NCBI GenBank assembly: GCA_002104945.1
Contig: MCFH01000069.1
Coordinates: 1-64,000, forward strand
Source: Piromyces finnis finn
Lineage: Eukaryota > Fungi > Neocallimastigomycota
Direction of reading: 5' to 3'
DNA length: 64,000 bases
The notes under the pieces were generated by a model, which did no database searches, was not told the DNA's origin, and saw only the letters and a list, made by a program, of their open reading frames with translations. The translations under genes and the position numbers were made by a program. This document shows, piece by piece, positions 63,035-64,000 of this stretch. Position 1 is the stretch's first letter. Each line of letters opens with the position of its first letter.

Positions 63035-64000
63035 AGTTATCAATTCAATTTTTTTTTAATTGGCAAAATGATAATTCATACTTTAAGTATATAATTATAT
63101 ATAAAAAGCTCTTCTAAATAATATATTAGAGTATATTATTACAGAAATAAAAATAAAAATAAAATTTTTAATGTTTTTTTTTTTCTCAATGTAAAAATGT
63201 AATTTTAATTATTATAAAACTTTAAATTTTAAAAAAAAAATCTTAACCTTTATAATTTAATAACGTTGTTGTTTTTAGATATTTTATTATATGTAATTAC
63301 AACAGTATATTTATTGCTATGTATACTAATAAGATATCTTAAAAGACAAATATTATCTAATGTATATTTAATGTAATTTTTTTATTAAAAAAAAAAAGGA
63401 AAGAATATATAAATAAAAAACTAATTATAAAAACTATTAGAATGGAATTTATAAATAAAATTTAAAAAATCTTAAATATTCATAAATTTCTTTTTGAATT
63501 TTATCCCAAATAATATCTTCGCACCAACCTTATTAAATTGTATTTTTTCCCTCAAATATAGCAATTAAAATAAGATTTAAAAATTAAGTTGTACAAAACT
63601 ATAAATATTGGGTTATATTGCCTAAATATGTATATTATAAGATTATACTTTTTAATAAAAATATAAAAATATTTATACTTTTTTTCTTTTTTAAAAATAT
63701 AGAATAATTAATCTTTTTTTTTTTAAAAAAAAATACTAAATATACTAAAATAATAATTTCATTTTTTTTTTAATTCATGGTTTATATAATTATTATTTAA
63801 AGATATTTTGATATTAATAATGAAATTCTTTAGAATTTTATACAACTATTATAGTAATAGTAGATGTATTTTGAATAGAATAATAATACAAAGAATAGTT
63901 TTAATTTGTTTCCTCTAGATTGATTTACCTAGATAGAATTAAAATGAATATAATAGAAGTGAACGGAATTAAAGTAATTTAGTTTAAAATTGATCTTTTT

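Overview
Extremely AT-rich eukaryotic DNA, most likely an anaerobic gut fungus (Neocallimastigomycota). This is inferred from fungal dockerin (CBM10-type) modules, a CotH-dockerin gene, solute-binding-protein/7TM receptor fusions and long A/T intergenic deserts. The standout region is 1-8440. It holds two head-to-tail copies of a single-ORF non-LTR retrotransposon (minus strand: APE endonuclease, RT, CCHC knuckle), each bounded by the same 12-bp sequence (TGTATAGTATTT on minus). That 12-mer recurs element-free in an adjacent tandem array (7528-8250), which points to sequence-specific insertion. The array folds into hairpins plus a possible pseudoknot. The mismatches I checked resolve as G-U pairs only on the minus strand, and each unit ends in a perfect CAG|GTAAGT donor 7 nt before the 12-mer. 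The array is capped by scrambled 32-60 bp pieces of the element's own ORF. The rest of the window holds typical secreted and surface genes: an acidic repeat protein, a type-B carboxylesterase, a CBM18-only protein, CotH-dockerin, a pair of partly homogenised receptors, an Agd3-like deacetylase with 3 CBM1, a pectin methylesterase-CBM1, a subtilase-CBM18 and four ankyrin-type genes (one degraded). All calls are by-eye motif recognition; no searches or folding programs were run.
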